A stretch of 64,000 nt of DNA, from positions 58,714,001 through 58,778,000 of the forward strand of contig CM060731.1 of NCBI GenBank assembly GCA_030704615.1, written 5' to 3'. The position numbers were made by a program, and so were the translations under genes. This stretch comes from Takakia lepidozioides. Its lineage: Eukaryota; Plantae; Bryophyta. A model generated the notes under the pieces. It saw nothing but the letters and a program-made list of their open reading frames with translations. It did not search any database and was not told where the DNA came from. Of the stretch, positions 36,275 to 48,143 are shown piece by piece; within the stretch, counting starts at the first letter, position 1, and every line of letters starts with the position of its first letter.

Positions 36275-38800
36275 TTAAATACTGGATGCTTGATCCTGGA
36301 TAGGCAAACGAGACCCCAAAAGCAAGGGCCAAGAGTCTACTGTCGTGGCTTCCTTACTCTGGCTGACAGTTTTGTCCTCCATCAGTTTTCCCCTTATTAC
36401 TGTATCCACCCACCTGCCAGTTGTGGCATACATGTTTGATAGCAGCACATGAGCCGCAGGGTGCCGTGGATCCCACTTGTGAAAGCATTCTTTTGCTGCA
36501 CGTTCTGCCACAGTCACATTGCCATGTATTCTGCAGGCCCCAAGCAAGGCTCCCCACACCAAAAGATCTGGTTCAATTGGCATTTTGTTAATGAAGTCCT
36601 CTGCTTCCTCCAGTTGGCCTACATGGCCAAGAAGGTTCACCATGCAGCCAAAATGCTCCACTGTAGGTGTGATGCCATGATCCCGACTCATGGACTCAAA
36701 GTAGCAACGGCCTTCATTTGCTAGGCCCGAATGGCTGCATGCAGAGAGAACAGAACTAAAGGTGACACTGTCCGGTTTCAAGTCTTCCACTTGCATTTGT
36801 TCGAAAAGTTGGAGGGCCTCCCTACCACATCCATTCTTAGCATATCCTGCAATCATTGCACTCCATGACACTACATTTCGCTCAACCATATTGTTGAACA
36901 CCCCACGGGCATACATGACTCCTCCACACTTGGCATACATGTCAAGAAGGGTCGTCTCCACAATGATGTCTGCTGCATGTCCAGCTTTGATGATGTCATT
37001 GTGGACATGCTTGCCCTTTTCAAGACATCCTAGGCTGCTGCAAGCAATGAGAGCAGAAATAAATGTAATCTTGTTGGGTGTCACCCGGTCCTGTTGCATT
37101 TGCTCATACAGTTTGAGGGCCTCTTCACCATGCCCATGCTGAGCATATCCTGCCATCATCGCATTCCATGAGACCACATCTTGTTGAACCATCTTATTGA
37201 AGACTTGACGTGCATCATTTATGCCCCCACATTTGGCGTACATGTTAACCAGGGTATTCTCCAAGATAATGTCAGACCATATTCCAGTTTTAATTATGTC
37301 AGCATGGACACGCTTGCCCTTTTCCACGACTCCAAGGCTAGCACACGCATTGAGAACCCCAATGAATGTTACTTTGTTGGGGAACATCCCATCTTCTTGC
37401 ATTTTCCCGTAGATTTCCAGAGCCTCCTCACTATGTCCGGACCGAGCATATCCTGTGATCATGGCATTCCATGACACAAGATCACGTTTAGACATTGCAT
37501 TGAACACTTGACAAGCATCCTGTATGCTCCCACATTTGGCATACATGTCAACCAGGGTATTCTCCAAAATAGTATCCAACCGTATTCCCACTTTCATCAT
37601 GTCAGAATGCACCTCCTTGCCCTTTTCAAGGGCTCTTAAGCTGGCACAAGCATTGAGAATGCAGAGGAATGTAACGCTGTCGGGCATCACCCCGTCTTGT
37701 TGCATTTTCTCATAAAATGTGAAAGCCTCCTCACCATGCCCACACTGAGCATATCCTGAGATCATCACATTCCATGACACCACATCTCGATTAGCCATTT
37801 TTTCGAACATTTGGCAAGCATCCTTCATGCTTCCGCATTTGGCATATGTATTAACCAAGGTATTCTCCAAATTGATACATGACAGACTTCCAGCTTTGAT
37901 GATGTCAGCATGGACCAGCTTGGTCTTTTCAAGGGCCCTAAGGCTAGCACATGCACTAAGAACACAAATGAATGTGACATTGTTGGGGGTCATCCCTCCT
38001 CGTTGCATTTCCTCATAAATCTCCAAAGCCTCTACACCACACCCATGCAGAGCATAGCCTGAGATCATTGCATTCCATGATACCACATCTCGTTTGGCCA
38101 TTTTGTCAAACACCTGACGTGCATACTTGACACTCCCACATCTGGCATACATATCAACCAGGGTGTTATCCAAGTTAATATATGAGGCAATGCCAGCTTT
38201 TTTGATGTCAGCATGGACTTGCATGCCCTTTTCCAGTGCCCTAAGGCTGGCACATGCATTGAGAACGCAAATGAACGTGACCTTGTTAGGCAGCACCTCT
38301 TCTTTTTTCATTTTCTCATAGATTTTGAAAGCCTCCTCAGCATGCCCATGCTTGGCATACCCTGTGATCATCATGGTCCAGGTGAATATATTTGGCTTTG
38401 GAATTTCGTCAAAGACTTGTTGTGCATCCACCATACTCCCGCATTTTGCATATATGTTGATAAGGGTGTTGGTTACTAGGATGTCTGGTTTGAATTTACT
38501 TCGAATAATGTGGTCATGAACATGCTTTCCCTCTGCCAAGGCATTCATACTAATGCACCTCTGCAAGATACAAACATATGTACTGGAGTCTGCCTGAATG
38601 TCTTCTTGGTATAATATGTGCAGCGCCTCTTTCACTCTCCCCTCCTTACACAGTGACTGCACATACCCATGAGGGCCAGCCGCCACCTTGTTGACACCTG
38701 GTCTTTGCCCTCTTGCAGATGCAGTGGTGATGCTGGAGATGCTCCTACAGCCCCCAGTCTGATGTCCAACAAACAATTGTGCATTATCTAACTCTGCCAT
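36275..38800 (-). CDS. PLS-class PPR protein (E subclass, no DYW). Main exon from CAG|G-ATG at 38801; probable upstream exon ending at 38921
   Basis: 850-aa ORF with about six PLS triplets, HFGCMVNLLG and VWGALLGACRIHG. It ends after GRWVD without a PG box or HSEKLA. Confidence 0.9.
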   Translation of the reverse strand: MAELDNAQLFVGHQTGGCRSISSITTASARGQRPGVNKVAAGPHGYVQSLCKEGRVKEALHILYQEDIQADSSTYVCILQRCISMNALAEGKHVHDHIIRSKFKPDILVTNTLINIYAKCGSMVDAQQVFDEIPKPNIFTWTMMITGYAKHGHAEEAFKIYEKMKKEEVLPNKVTFICVLNACASLRALEKGMQVHADIKKAGIASYINLDNTLVDMYARCGSVKYARQVFDKMAKRDVVSWNAMISGYALHGCGVEALEIYEEMQRGGMTPNNVTFICVLSACASLRALEKTKLVHADIIKAGSLSCINLENTLVNTYAKCGSMKDACQMFEKMANRDVVSWNVMISGYAQCGHGEEAFTFYEKMQQDGVMPDSVTFLCILNACASLRALEKGKEVHSDMMKVGIRLDTILENTLVDMYAKCGSIQDACQVFNAMSKRDLVSWNAMITGYARSGHSEEALEIYGKMQEDGMFPNKVTFIGVLNACASLGVVEKGKRVHADIIKTGIWSDIILENTLVNMYAKCGGINDARQVFNKMVQQDVVSWNAMMAGYAQHGHGEEALKLYEQMQQDRVTPNKITFISALIACSSLGCLEKGKHVHNDIIKAGHAADIIVETTLLDMYAKCGGVMYARGVFNNMVERNVVSWSAMIAGYAKNGCGREALQLFEQMQVEDLKPDSVTFSSVLSACSHSGLANEGRCYFESMSRDHGITPTVEHFGCMVNLLGHVGQLEEAEDFINKMPIEPDLLVWGALLGACRIHGNVTVAERAAKECFHKWDPRHPAAHVLLSNMYATTGRWVDTVIRGKLMEDKTVSQSKEATTVDSWPLLLGSRLPIQDQASSI

Positions 38801-40199
38801 CCTGCATGCATCAGAAGTACCGATCACTACTTTTTTTCAAACATATCTCATACTGCACAGAAATGGAGCATTTAATTTACTTGAATTGCAAACCTGTAGC
38901 ATACTATAGAAGAGCAATACCTGTTGTATTCTCTGCCTGGGGGTCCATGCTGCTTATCCAAATTAGAGCCATCACAGGATTGTGCCCCACCTTGTGTCAA
39001 ACTAGCTGGCTGTGCTTTGGGCGATGGAGGGTCTGACTGACTTTCTACCCATATGGCATCCCTTGTAGGCGTATATTTGAAGTCCCGAAGTTCTGAATTC
39101 CTCTGCGGAAACCAACATCCAGCAGCTGAGAGCAACCTACTACAGAGATCACAGCCAAGTATAGGCCAGGCACCACCACCCAAATCCCCAGAATCTTTAA
39201 AATCAGTGGAGATTAACAAAGAACGAGGAACGCTAAGGCACCACTGGTAGCAAAAAGGGAACCATCTTGGCAGCTATTTCATAACAAAGAGCAAGTCTTT
39301 TTCTAATTTATCTCCGTCACTGAGAATAAAGTCCGGTCCACAAAACATAATCGAAGCACCTTTAGTCAGAAGTCCTGCTTGCCAAAGCCTTTGAACTGCT
39401 GAGCAAAGATAGACTCACCTTCACAAACCTCTCCCACCACTCTGAACGATCTGAGACAAATTCCTGCCAGAGCCGTTCTAAACGCATTGCTTGCCGTGCG
39501 TGCCAGAAACCACGAGAACATCTCCCTCCCAACTTTTCCATTTTGCTCCGTGAAAAGCACATGTATGGCCTTGCACTGAGCCGGAGGCACCACAGCAATG
39601 TGTGTCATATCTGTGGTAACTAGAGGGGCACAGTAACCAGTAAGCTACAACGCTTGCAAATCTTGGAACTTGAGCTAGCGTTGGGCAACCTGACGGGCAT
39701 ATCCTCCACAGCCAACTATGCCCCCGTGGACTATGGCGGCAAGCTAGCGATGCACAAACACACACTTTGTATTGCACACTATGGAGGAGGAGCAAAAGGA
39801 AATTTCTCTTTGCCAGCAGAGAGAGAGAGGCTGGCAATAAGCTGCTTTGGGCTTCATCAACACAGCCCTTGGGATGCCTACCCATGTAGCCTTTGGGTGT
39901 GTGGTGGTTGCCACTAAATTTGAACAAGGAATGCCACCCGCTTTCATCACTTCCAAAATAGATTAGAATCATAAGAGAAGATAGAGTCTAGAGTATTGAT
40001 GGAACAGATATGCTTAGGTCAAAAGTAGAGTGTTGCCACTAAATTGTGGCAGTTGTTGGGCTGAAAATACATTAGCAAACCTCTGTATGGGTGAGTTCTT
40101 AGATGGGTGTTCATATAGGGACTCACTGCCATTCTTCATTCAAATTGTACGGAAACCACTAAAAAGAAATTGACAGTGGGTAAAATATGTGTATGTTAA

Positions 40200-40980
40200 C
40201 CCTTAAGTTCCCAAGCGACCTGAATCCGGTCACTTTGAATTTGCAGTTCGACCTAATTTTTGATGGGGCCCACTCCTGAAGCTTTAATGACAAGGGATTT
40301 GTCTTGAGTATGATGAAAAAAACAAAAAAAAAACAAAACAAAAGCTACGACCTACAAAATAATATCTTAGATCTCTCATTTATGTTTTGGGCCTAAAAAG
40401 GGCTTGTTGACCGCTGACGTGGCAGGTAAACAAGCCCAAAACAGATTGCACTCCAAAGGCCATTTTTGGCAGAAAAATTAGCAATTTTGGAAAAAGCGCT
40501 TCACCTTGTGGTGTGTGAGCATTACATACACACATCCACCATTGGCTTTTAAAAAAATTATTAAAAAAAAAGTACTTCATTTGGAGGCACATTTTCTGTT
40601 GTCAATTTTGAGATTTCAACCCTGCATGCAAAGCAAGACCTGCAATTTAGTGGGGTCATAGCCACTCCACTATTGATTTGGAAATGGTGCATCTTGGGGC
40701 AAGCAAAATTGGATAAAGCTAGGTTTTGATTTGGTCAAACCTATTTCTTTCTCACTTTTTCTTTGGGACCTGATATTTGAGGTCCGGGCCAACTCTATAA
40801 TCTCACAATTTGCACGGTGGACTTGGCTCATTTTTTGGTATGTCATGCATAAATGAGCTAGGCCCATTGCTATAAGGCTGGAATCTCTGGATGATTTTTG
40901 GTAGGTTTCTAGGAGCAATTTACTGCAGCTGGGTACCCAAAATTGGTAAAAAGTCAAAAAAGGGCTTGGGAACCTAAGGG
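40200..40980. mobile_element. Non-autonomous TIR element (MITE) with CCC...GGG termini and TTAA flanks, piggyBac-like
   Basis: TTAA|CCCTTAAGTTCCCAAGC at 40196-40216 and GCTTGGGAACCTAAGGG|TTAA at 40964-40984 (16/17 inverted match). The interior is AT-rich and non-coding. Confidence 0.72.
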
Positions 40981-42130
40981 TTAAGGGTTAAATGTTTTTT
41001 TAAAATAAATATTGCATTTATTCCAAAATTGAGGGGAAAAAAATAAAACCCCTTTTTGCACCATGAGGGCTACACACTGTAGTCAGTGAAGGGAGATCCA
41101 GTGCCTGCTGCTAAAGTGCGGCAGTGTGCTCACAGAGAGAGGACCTCTCGCAGCGACCTAGCCTTGTCCGAGAGACTTCCAAAAAAGTCAAGCCTGCAGC
41201 TGAGATTACCGAGGAGCTAATCTACAACTACGCTTAACGGAAATTTAGCCTGGAAGTAGTGGCGGGGTGCTTGACGTGTTTCCAGTTCACGTCTCTCTCA
41301 AATTCCGGCGAGGCCGTGGAGTGGAGCTCTGAGGTCTCTCCAACGCTGAGGGGGGAGAGCGTTCCAAACACAGTGTTCCTGCTCGTCGCTTTGACAAATG
41401 ATGCCATGGCAGGCCCACGTCGTCCTGAATGTTGCATGGATTGCTGGCGCCTGCCTGGGTGTCCTGTGACAGTCTGCAACACATTTTGCCCAAGCTTTTT
41501 TCGACTCTGTTAAAAGATCTTTGTACACCATTGTCAACATAGCTGAGGTACTGATTGTCTCCATGCTAAAGGTCTTTTTACATCTAGCACGCCATAGGTG
41601 CCATAACGTAGATGCGCGAAGAGTCTCGAAGACCGGACATGGAAAGGATCGGCCCTTGGTTGTTTTGTTGTAATTAAATGTTTTGGTAATTGGTCTTCAT
41701 CCTTCACACACAAAAATGATACTTTTCATATCACACCGTCTTTCGCTTTATTGCAGCTTGGTCTCAGTATGTGACACCACAATGCCATAAGCTAGGGACT
41801 ATATGTGTTGTTTGAATTTCCAGAAATCAAAACTCAGTAGCATATTCGCATGTCAGCTTGACAACATTTGTGAATGTGTCGGTTCCATACCAGCTAGTTC
41901 TTCCCCTTAACATGCTGTTGGATTACCTAATGTAGTATTCTGGTGGGTGCAGGTCTTCCATTTTAGTTTAGGGGAGTTCCCTACAGCTTATGAACTTGAG
42001 GTACAGGGTTGAATCCCCATACAAGAACTTGCTCCCCATTGACATTTGCACATGCGAACTCTAATGAAAGCGCAGTGTGTCATTTCAAACACAAAGTTTA
42101 CTGAAGCAGAGACTCCAAGTTCTGCCTGTT

Positions 42131-45100
42131 TCACCAATAATCTCCACATGAACAAACCCCATCTTGGAAGTGGTGAAAGCGGTTGGCGTCCCTTACAACC
42201 ACTGTTCGGCCGACAATATGTGAGATAAACTTGATGGCAGTATGACAGTCACCGCACACACGAAGGTTCTTGATTACATGGATAGGTGTTCCGGAGGGTG
42301 TGCTGATGAGCCCAAAAGCAATGGCCAGCTTCTCACTATGGTGGCAAAGAGATAATTCCTTTTGCTCCTCCTCCAGATCATGCAATACGAAGCGTGTGTC
42401 AGGCACATACCCAGCCTCCTTCATCCATACCGATAATCTCTTCAGCTCAGCATGAATGTCCTGAATTTGTGGATGTAACTTATCTTCCGCAATAAATGCA
42501 TGAACCCGATTGTTGACCTCAATGCAGCTGCGTCCTGGTTCCTTCCTCACACCACTCTCCTCCATCATTTTTCTCACCCTTGCTTTGTCATCCCACCTGC
42601 CAGCTGCGGAATAGATGTTTGAGAGCAGCACATAAGCTGCAGCCTGCTGTGGATTGCTCTTGAGAATGCCTTTGGCAGCACGTTCTGCTACCTCAACATT
42701 GTTATGAATTCTGCAGGCACCGAGCAACGCTCCCCACACTGAAGCACCTGGTTCAATCGGCATTTGTTTGATGAAGCTCTCTGCTTCATTGAAGCGCCCT
42801 GTACGGCCAAGAAGATTCACCATGCAGCCAAAATGCTCCATTGCTGGTGCAAGACCATGATCTCGACTCATGGAGTCAAAGTAGTCACGACCTTCATCCA
42901 CTAGGCCTGCATGACTGCATGCAGAGAGAACAGAAGTGAAGGTGATACCATCCGGCTTCACCGCTTGCTGTTGCATTTGTTTAAATAGTTGGAGGGCCTC
43001 CCTACCACACCCATGCTGAGCATATCCACCAATCATAGCACTCCATGACACTACGTTTCGCATGGGCATTCTGTCAAACACATGTTGTGCCTCCTTTACA
43101 CTCCCACATTTAGCATACATGTCAACAAGGGCTGTCTCTAAAATAATATCTGATGCAAATCCACACTCCATGATATCAGCATGGATCAGCTTGCCCTTTT
43201 CCAGCGCTCCTAGACTGCCACATGCATTGAGAATGCAAATGAACGTTACCCTGTCAGGTGTTACCCTTTCTCGTTGGATTTGCTCATACATTTTGAGAGC
43301 CTCTGCACCATGTCCATGTTGAGCATATCCTGCAATTATTGCATTCCATGAGACAACATCCCGATTGGCCATCTTGTCAAACACTTCCTGTGCATCCTCT
43401 AGACTCCCGCACTTAGCATATGTGTCAACAAGGGTATTTTCCAAATTAATATACTGTGGAATTCTAGCTTTGACGATTTCTGCATGAACCTGCTTGGTCT
43501 TTTCCAGGGCTTCCAGGCTCGCACATGCGTTGAGAACACCAATAAACGTGACCCTGTCAGGAGTCACCCCTTCCTGTTGCATTTGCTCATAGATTTTGAG
43601 AGCATCTTCACCGGGCCCATGCTGAGCATATCCTGCAATCATCACATTCCATGAGACCACATCTCCTTTGGCCACTCTGTCGAACACTTGATGAGCATCC
43701 TTCACCCTACCACACTTGGCACAGGCATTAAGAATGCTAGAGTGCGTGAACTTGTCAGGCATCACCCCTTCCTGTTGCATTTGCTTATACATTTTGAGAG
43801 CCTCTTTACTATGCCCTTGCTGCCCATATCCAGCAATCATCGCATTCCATGCAATCACGTCTCGTTTGTCCATATGGTCGAATACTTGTCGTGCATCCTT
43901 TACACTCCCACATTTGGCATACATATCAACAAGGGCTGTCTCTAAAATAATGTATGATGCAATACCAGCTTTCATGATATCAGCATGGATCTGCTTGCCC
44001 TTTTCCAGGGCTCCTAGGTTTGCACATGCATTGAGAATGCCAGTATATGTAACCCTGTCAGGCATCACCCCTACCTGTTGCATTTGATCATACATTTTGA
44101 GAGCATCTTGACCATGCCCATGCTGAGCATATCCTGCAATCATAACATTCCATGAGACCACATCTCGTTGGGCCATTTTTTCGAAGATCTGACGTGCACC
44201 CTCTATGCTCCCACATTTCAAATACATGTCAACAAGGGTATTCTCCAAATTAATATATGACACAATTCCAGCTTTGGTGATGTCAGCATGGACCTGCTTG
44301 CCCTTTTCAAGGGCTCCAAGGTTAGCACACGCATTGAGGACACAAATGAACGTGATTCTGTTGGGTCCCATCCCCTCCTGTTGCATTTGCTCATAGATTT
44401 CCAAAGCCTCCTCAGCATGCCCATGCTTGGCATATCCTGCCATCATCACATTCCATGAGACCACATCTCGTTTGACCATGTTGTCAAACACTCGCCGCGC
44501 ATCCTTTACACTCCCGCATTTTGCATACATGTTGACAAGGCTATTAACTACAAGGATGTTATGTTTGAAGTCACTTCGAATAATGTGCGCATGCACCTGC
44601 CTTCCCTCTGCCAGAGCTTTCATGTTGATGCACTCCTTCAAAAGATAGACATAAGTATTAGAGTCTGAGGGAATGCCTGGTTGGCCCATAATGTGCAGCG
44701 CCTCTCTGAATCTTCTCTCCTTACACAGGGTCCCCCTATGGCCATGAGTGCCTGACATAATCTCCTCGGCTCCTGCTTTTGCCCGGTTTTCAAAAGTGGT
44801 GGTCATGGTGGAGGTGCTCCGCCAGCCACACATGTGACATCCAACAACTATTTGTCCCTGATGCAACACTGCCATCCTGCGTGACTCAAAACTCCGAGTT
44901 ACCGAGCCAAAAAGGGCGAGCGAGAAAATAAAAGCTTTGCCAGCTTTCCCCAACATTCATGGAACTTACTCTGGGTGATTTCTCTGCCTCACGCACACAA
45001 TGGAAATAAGTTCAAAACATACCAGAGATTTGAGAGTTTGCAGAAGACATTGAAGGGGCTGAGGGTGCACAACAAGGCCTGCCTTCAACCCAGGATGACT

Positions 45101-45562
45101 GTGGATGACACTGAAATTCCTCGATATCCCTCTCTTGACCAGATTCTGTGCTTCGACCGAATCCTCTCATTTCTCCGGAATCTGGTTTCTGGTCTAAAAG
45201 CTTCAATAGAGCACCAATACTCACACTCGAAGCATAATCATACTGTACTTTCCGTGCACCATCACATTCTGCTTGCCGTTGTGTCATGGAAAATACGTAT
45301 GCTGTCACCGTAGGGGGTCCCAAGGATTCTCAATCCGTACGGCCTCCTGTGTATCTCTTGGTTTAGCGGGAACATAATCCGGACCTTTCCATGGAAACCT
45401 CCAGTAGAAAGTTTTAGATTCCGAAGAAGCTGATGCTATAGGACAAGGATTTCGGTCATGGTCGAATTCCTCGACGTCCCTTGAACTTCTTCCACCAAAC
45501 TGGGAGCGTCTGCTCCTGTAGGTCAAGGACGCTTTTGAGCGACGCAAGGCACAGGCGACCAT
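42131..45562 (-). CDS. PLS-class PPR-DYW protein, a C-to-U organellar RNA editing factor. Main exon 44876-42131, probable first exon 45562-45309
   Basis: PLS triplets, E1/E2, PG box (KEPGRSCIEV), deaminase motifs HHSEKLA and CGDCH, and terminal CSCGDYW* are intact. Confidence 0.95.
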
Positions 45563-48143
45563 AGCTTTCTCTGGGAATTGGGACGTACTTTACTTGCCAA
45601 TTACTGTATATTAGGGTGGTTGGAGCCCACGCAAGGCACAGGTGATCTCCGCGGATTGCCTCTGTGCTATCCAAGCTCGGAGCCAGTATGAAGCTTCATC
45701 AGGGTTTAGGATGCAGGTAGGTACTCCTTGCAACATTCCATTGCTACTTCGACTTTCGTTGCCAACATATTGTCGGAATTTTTTACTGTAAAATTGGTCG
45801 AACTGGATGGCTAGCGCGACAAGGTTCTGCATCTCTTCGATATACCAACCATCAAACTAGTACTCCCTCGAAAAACACAAAAGATTCACTGTCACAATTT
45901 AACCCAGCCAGCAAGCAATTAGCAATGTGAAATCCTAGAACACCAAAAACAAGTTGCATGAAGGAACGAAGCTGGATTTGAAGGCATCGCATGCGAAGTA
46001 AGATTCTGTTCGGCTACTCCACTATTTGGTAAACAGACGTACCTTACCATGTCCACTCTCTTGCACGCTCTCCAATCTCTTGCCCGCTGTGGCCCTCGCC
46101 CCAATGTGTAAGTAATAATTTGACCATAGAGGTGCTATACAGACTAACCCCAGGGATTTCGTCATCTACAGACTAAACCAATGTTCGCTAAGGAAAGCGG
46201 GAGATGGAACCAGACTCCATGCCCAGTTTTTCTCCAAGGAGGATACATCTGATATTACACTGACGTGTGAAGTTACAGAAGTTCAAGCACATCTAGCACC
46301 TTCTCGGCAAGGTCATCCGGTCCTGTTGCTGGCGGTACTCACCCGAGCTGGTCTAGCTCATCTTCGCTACCCGTCTGATCCTCAAACCTCTCAACTAATC
46401 TGTTGCAAAACGTCTTTGTACATCGCAATCTAGTCTCATGTCCTCCTCTACGTTTATGTGTGTGACAACAGCCGCCCACACGAGCGCGACTGACGTACCT
46501 GACGCGTCATACGGAAGTGGGCTCCTGACCAGGCCGTCTGTCCCCTGTTCTTCGAAAGAAATAAGAAACAAGAATCTCAAGTTCCAGTCTTCAAAGAAAA
46601 GTATTGGCCCCCAAGGTCATGGCATTTTTGGTAAGAGATTTGGGGTGCATTGCAAACTGATAACCCACGTTCGAATTTGCTGTGTGCATGTTGGGTGCAG
46701 AATTTGGTGAGTGCTCAAAGCTTGGCCCTGTGTTTTGAAAAAGCTGGGGATCTTTGGTGGTTGTAGCCTGCTCTGTATGAGGCTGTGGTTGGACCTTGGA
46801 CTGCTCCAGCTGCCACTGGTGGTTCGTGCAGAAAAACGCAAACAGCAGATTCAGGAGAGCCTGTGGATTGAGACTCGGTTGAAGCCCCCTTGGATTAAAG
46901 GAGAGGTAGGTGTTGTGCCACAGGGTCAACCACTATCTGATGGTGGACGGAGATCAGAGTGGAGTTGCTACTCTGGTGTGAACATTGGAGCTAAGTACCA
47001 ATTTCTAGACCAGTGTGCAGATTCTGGTGGGATCCAAGTGTTAGGGCGATACGCAGTACTATTCGCAGGTTGACAGTGGGACATGGTCCCGTTCCCCCAT
47101 ATCTTTTCCTTGACCCGACTTTCCACAAAGTCTCGTGTGTGTTTTGAATCTTCCTCAACGAGAAATGAGGGAGAGAAAGATGCAGAGTAAGTTTGAATAG
47201 ACTTTAAGCATTTGGCAAGCACGAGACGGTTGGAAGCTGCCGAAGATCCCATGTTCACAGGGTTTCTGGCACGCAGGCAAAGCAACGTGCATATAAAGGT
47301 CCTGGCAGGAGTACTAAGATGCTTCACAGTCGTGGGAAAACAGGTTCGTGAATGTGGGAGTTTTATTTTTACATTGGAAATGGGTTGCTCGAAGATGGCT
47401 TTTCAGGTTGACATTATTGTAATCTCTGTGAGGGACCATATGTTCATTACCTGAGAATAGCAAAGATCGCGCTCTTTGAAATATTCACAGACTAATTCTT
47501 TTTGTACATATCAATAGGTTGTTTTTCCTTTTTAGTGCTTGTCAATGCTATTCGCTTTAATTTGGAAGATCTTAGGAGCTTGATGGCTGTTATCTGGTCT
47601 ATGTGTGGATGCGGAATGATGAGGTTGGGTTTGCAGCTGAGCAACACTGTTGGTTGTTTCCACAGAAGTATCCAGAGTCTGTGAATGCAAACGTATGCGC
47701 CATCCTATGGTTACAGGGTTGGTCAACATCCCCTTTGATGGCAGCAGATCTAGCTGGGGTGATACAAGATCGAGTACAATCTGGTAAGGCATGCAATTCT
47801 GATATGCATCATGGATTTCAGGGCCGAGGGTACAAAAGTATTTAATGAAAGGTTTATTCTTAGATTGCAAGTTTGAGTAGATGCAATTGCAACACATAAG
47901 TGCAGTAGTGGGGAGACCCTTTTTGGACACTGAGGACAATGGTCTTTTCAAGATGAGATCTTTCCTTGAAATATCCATGATATGTTGAGTGATGATGACA
48001 GGGTTGAATCAGGCTCATGTGTCAGTTGGGAATCAACCTAATATCTGTGGTTTGGCATCCACTATCAAGACCACTCTTTTCAAACTGCCAAGAGAGGGAG
48101 TCAACGTGGTTATGCAGGGCACCTCTGGGGGTACGAGGACCCT

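Noticed and set aside
41100-41650. GC-richer patch with several short ORFs
   Set aside because: No motif or splice-consistent model could be built.
42131-42560. Possible DYW:KP (U-to-C editing) variant
   Set aside because: The PG box, HSEKLA, CGDCH and terminal DYW are canonical C-to-U type.
34056-44648. Many short antisense ORFs over the PPR genes
   Set aside because: These are shadow frames of the repetitive PPR coding sequence.
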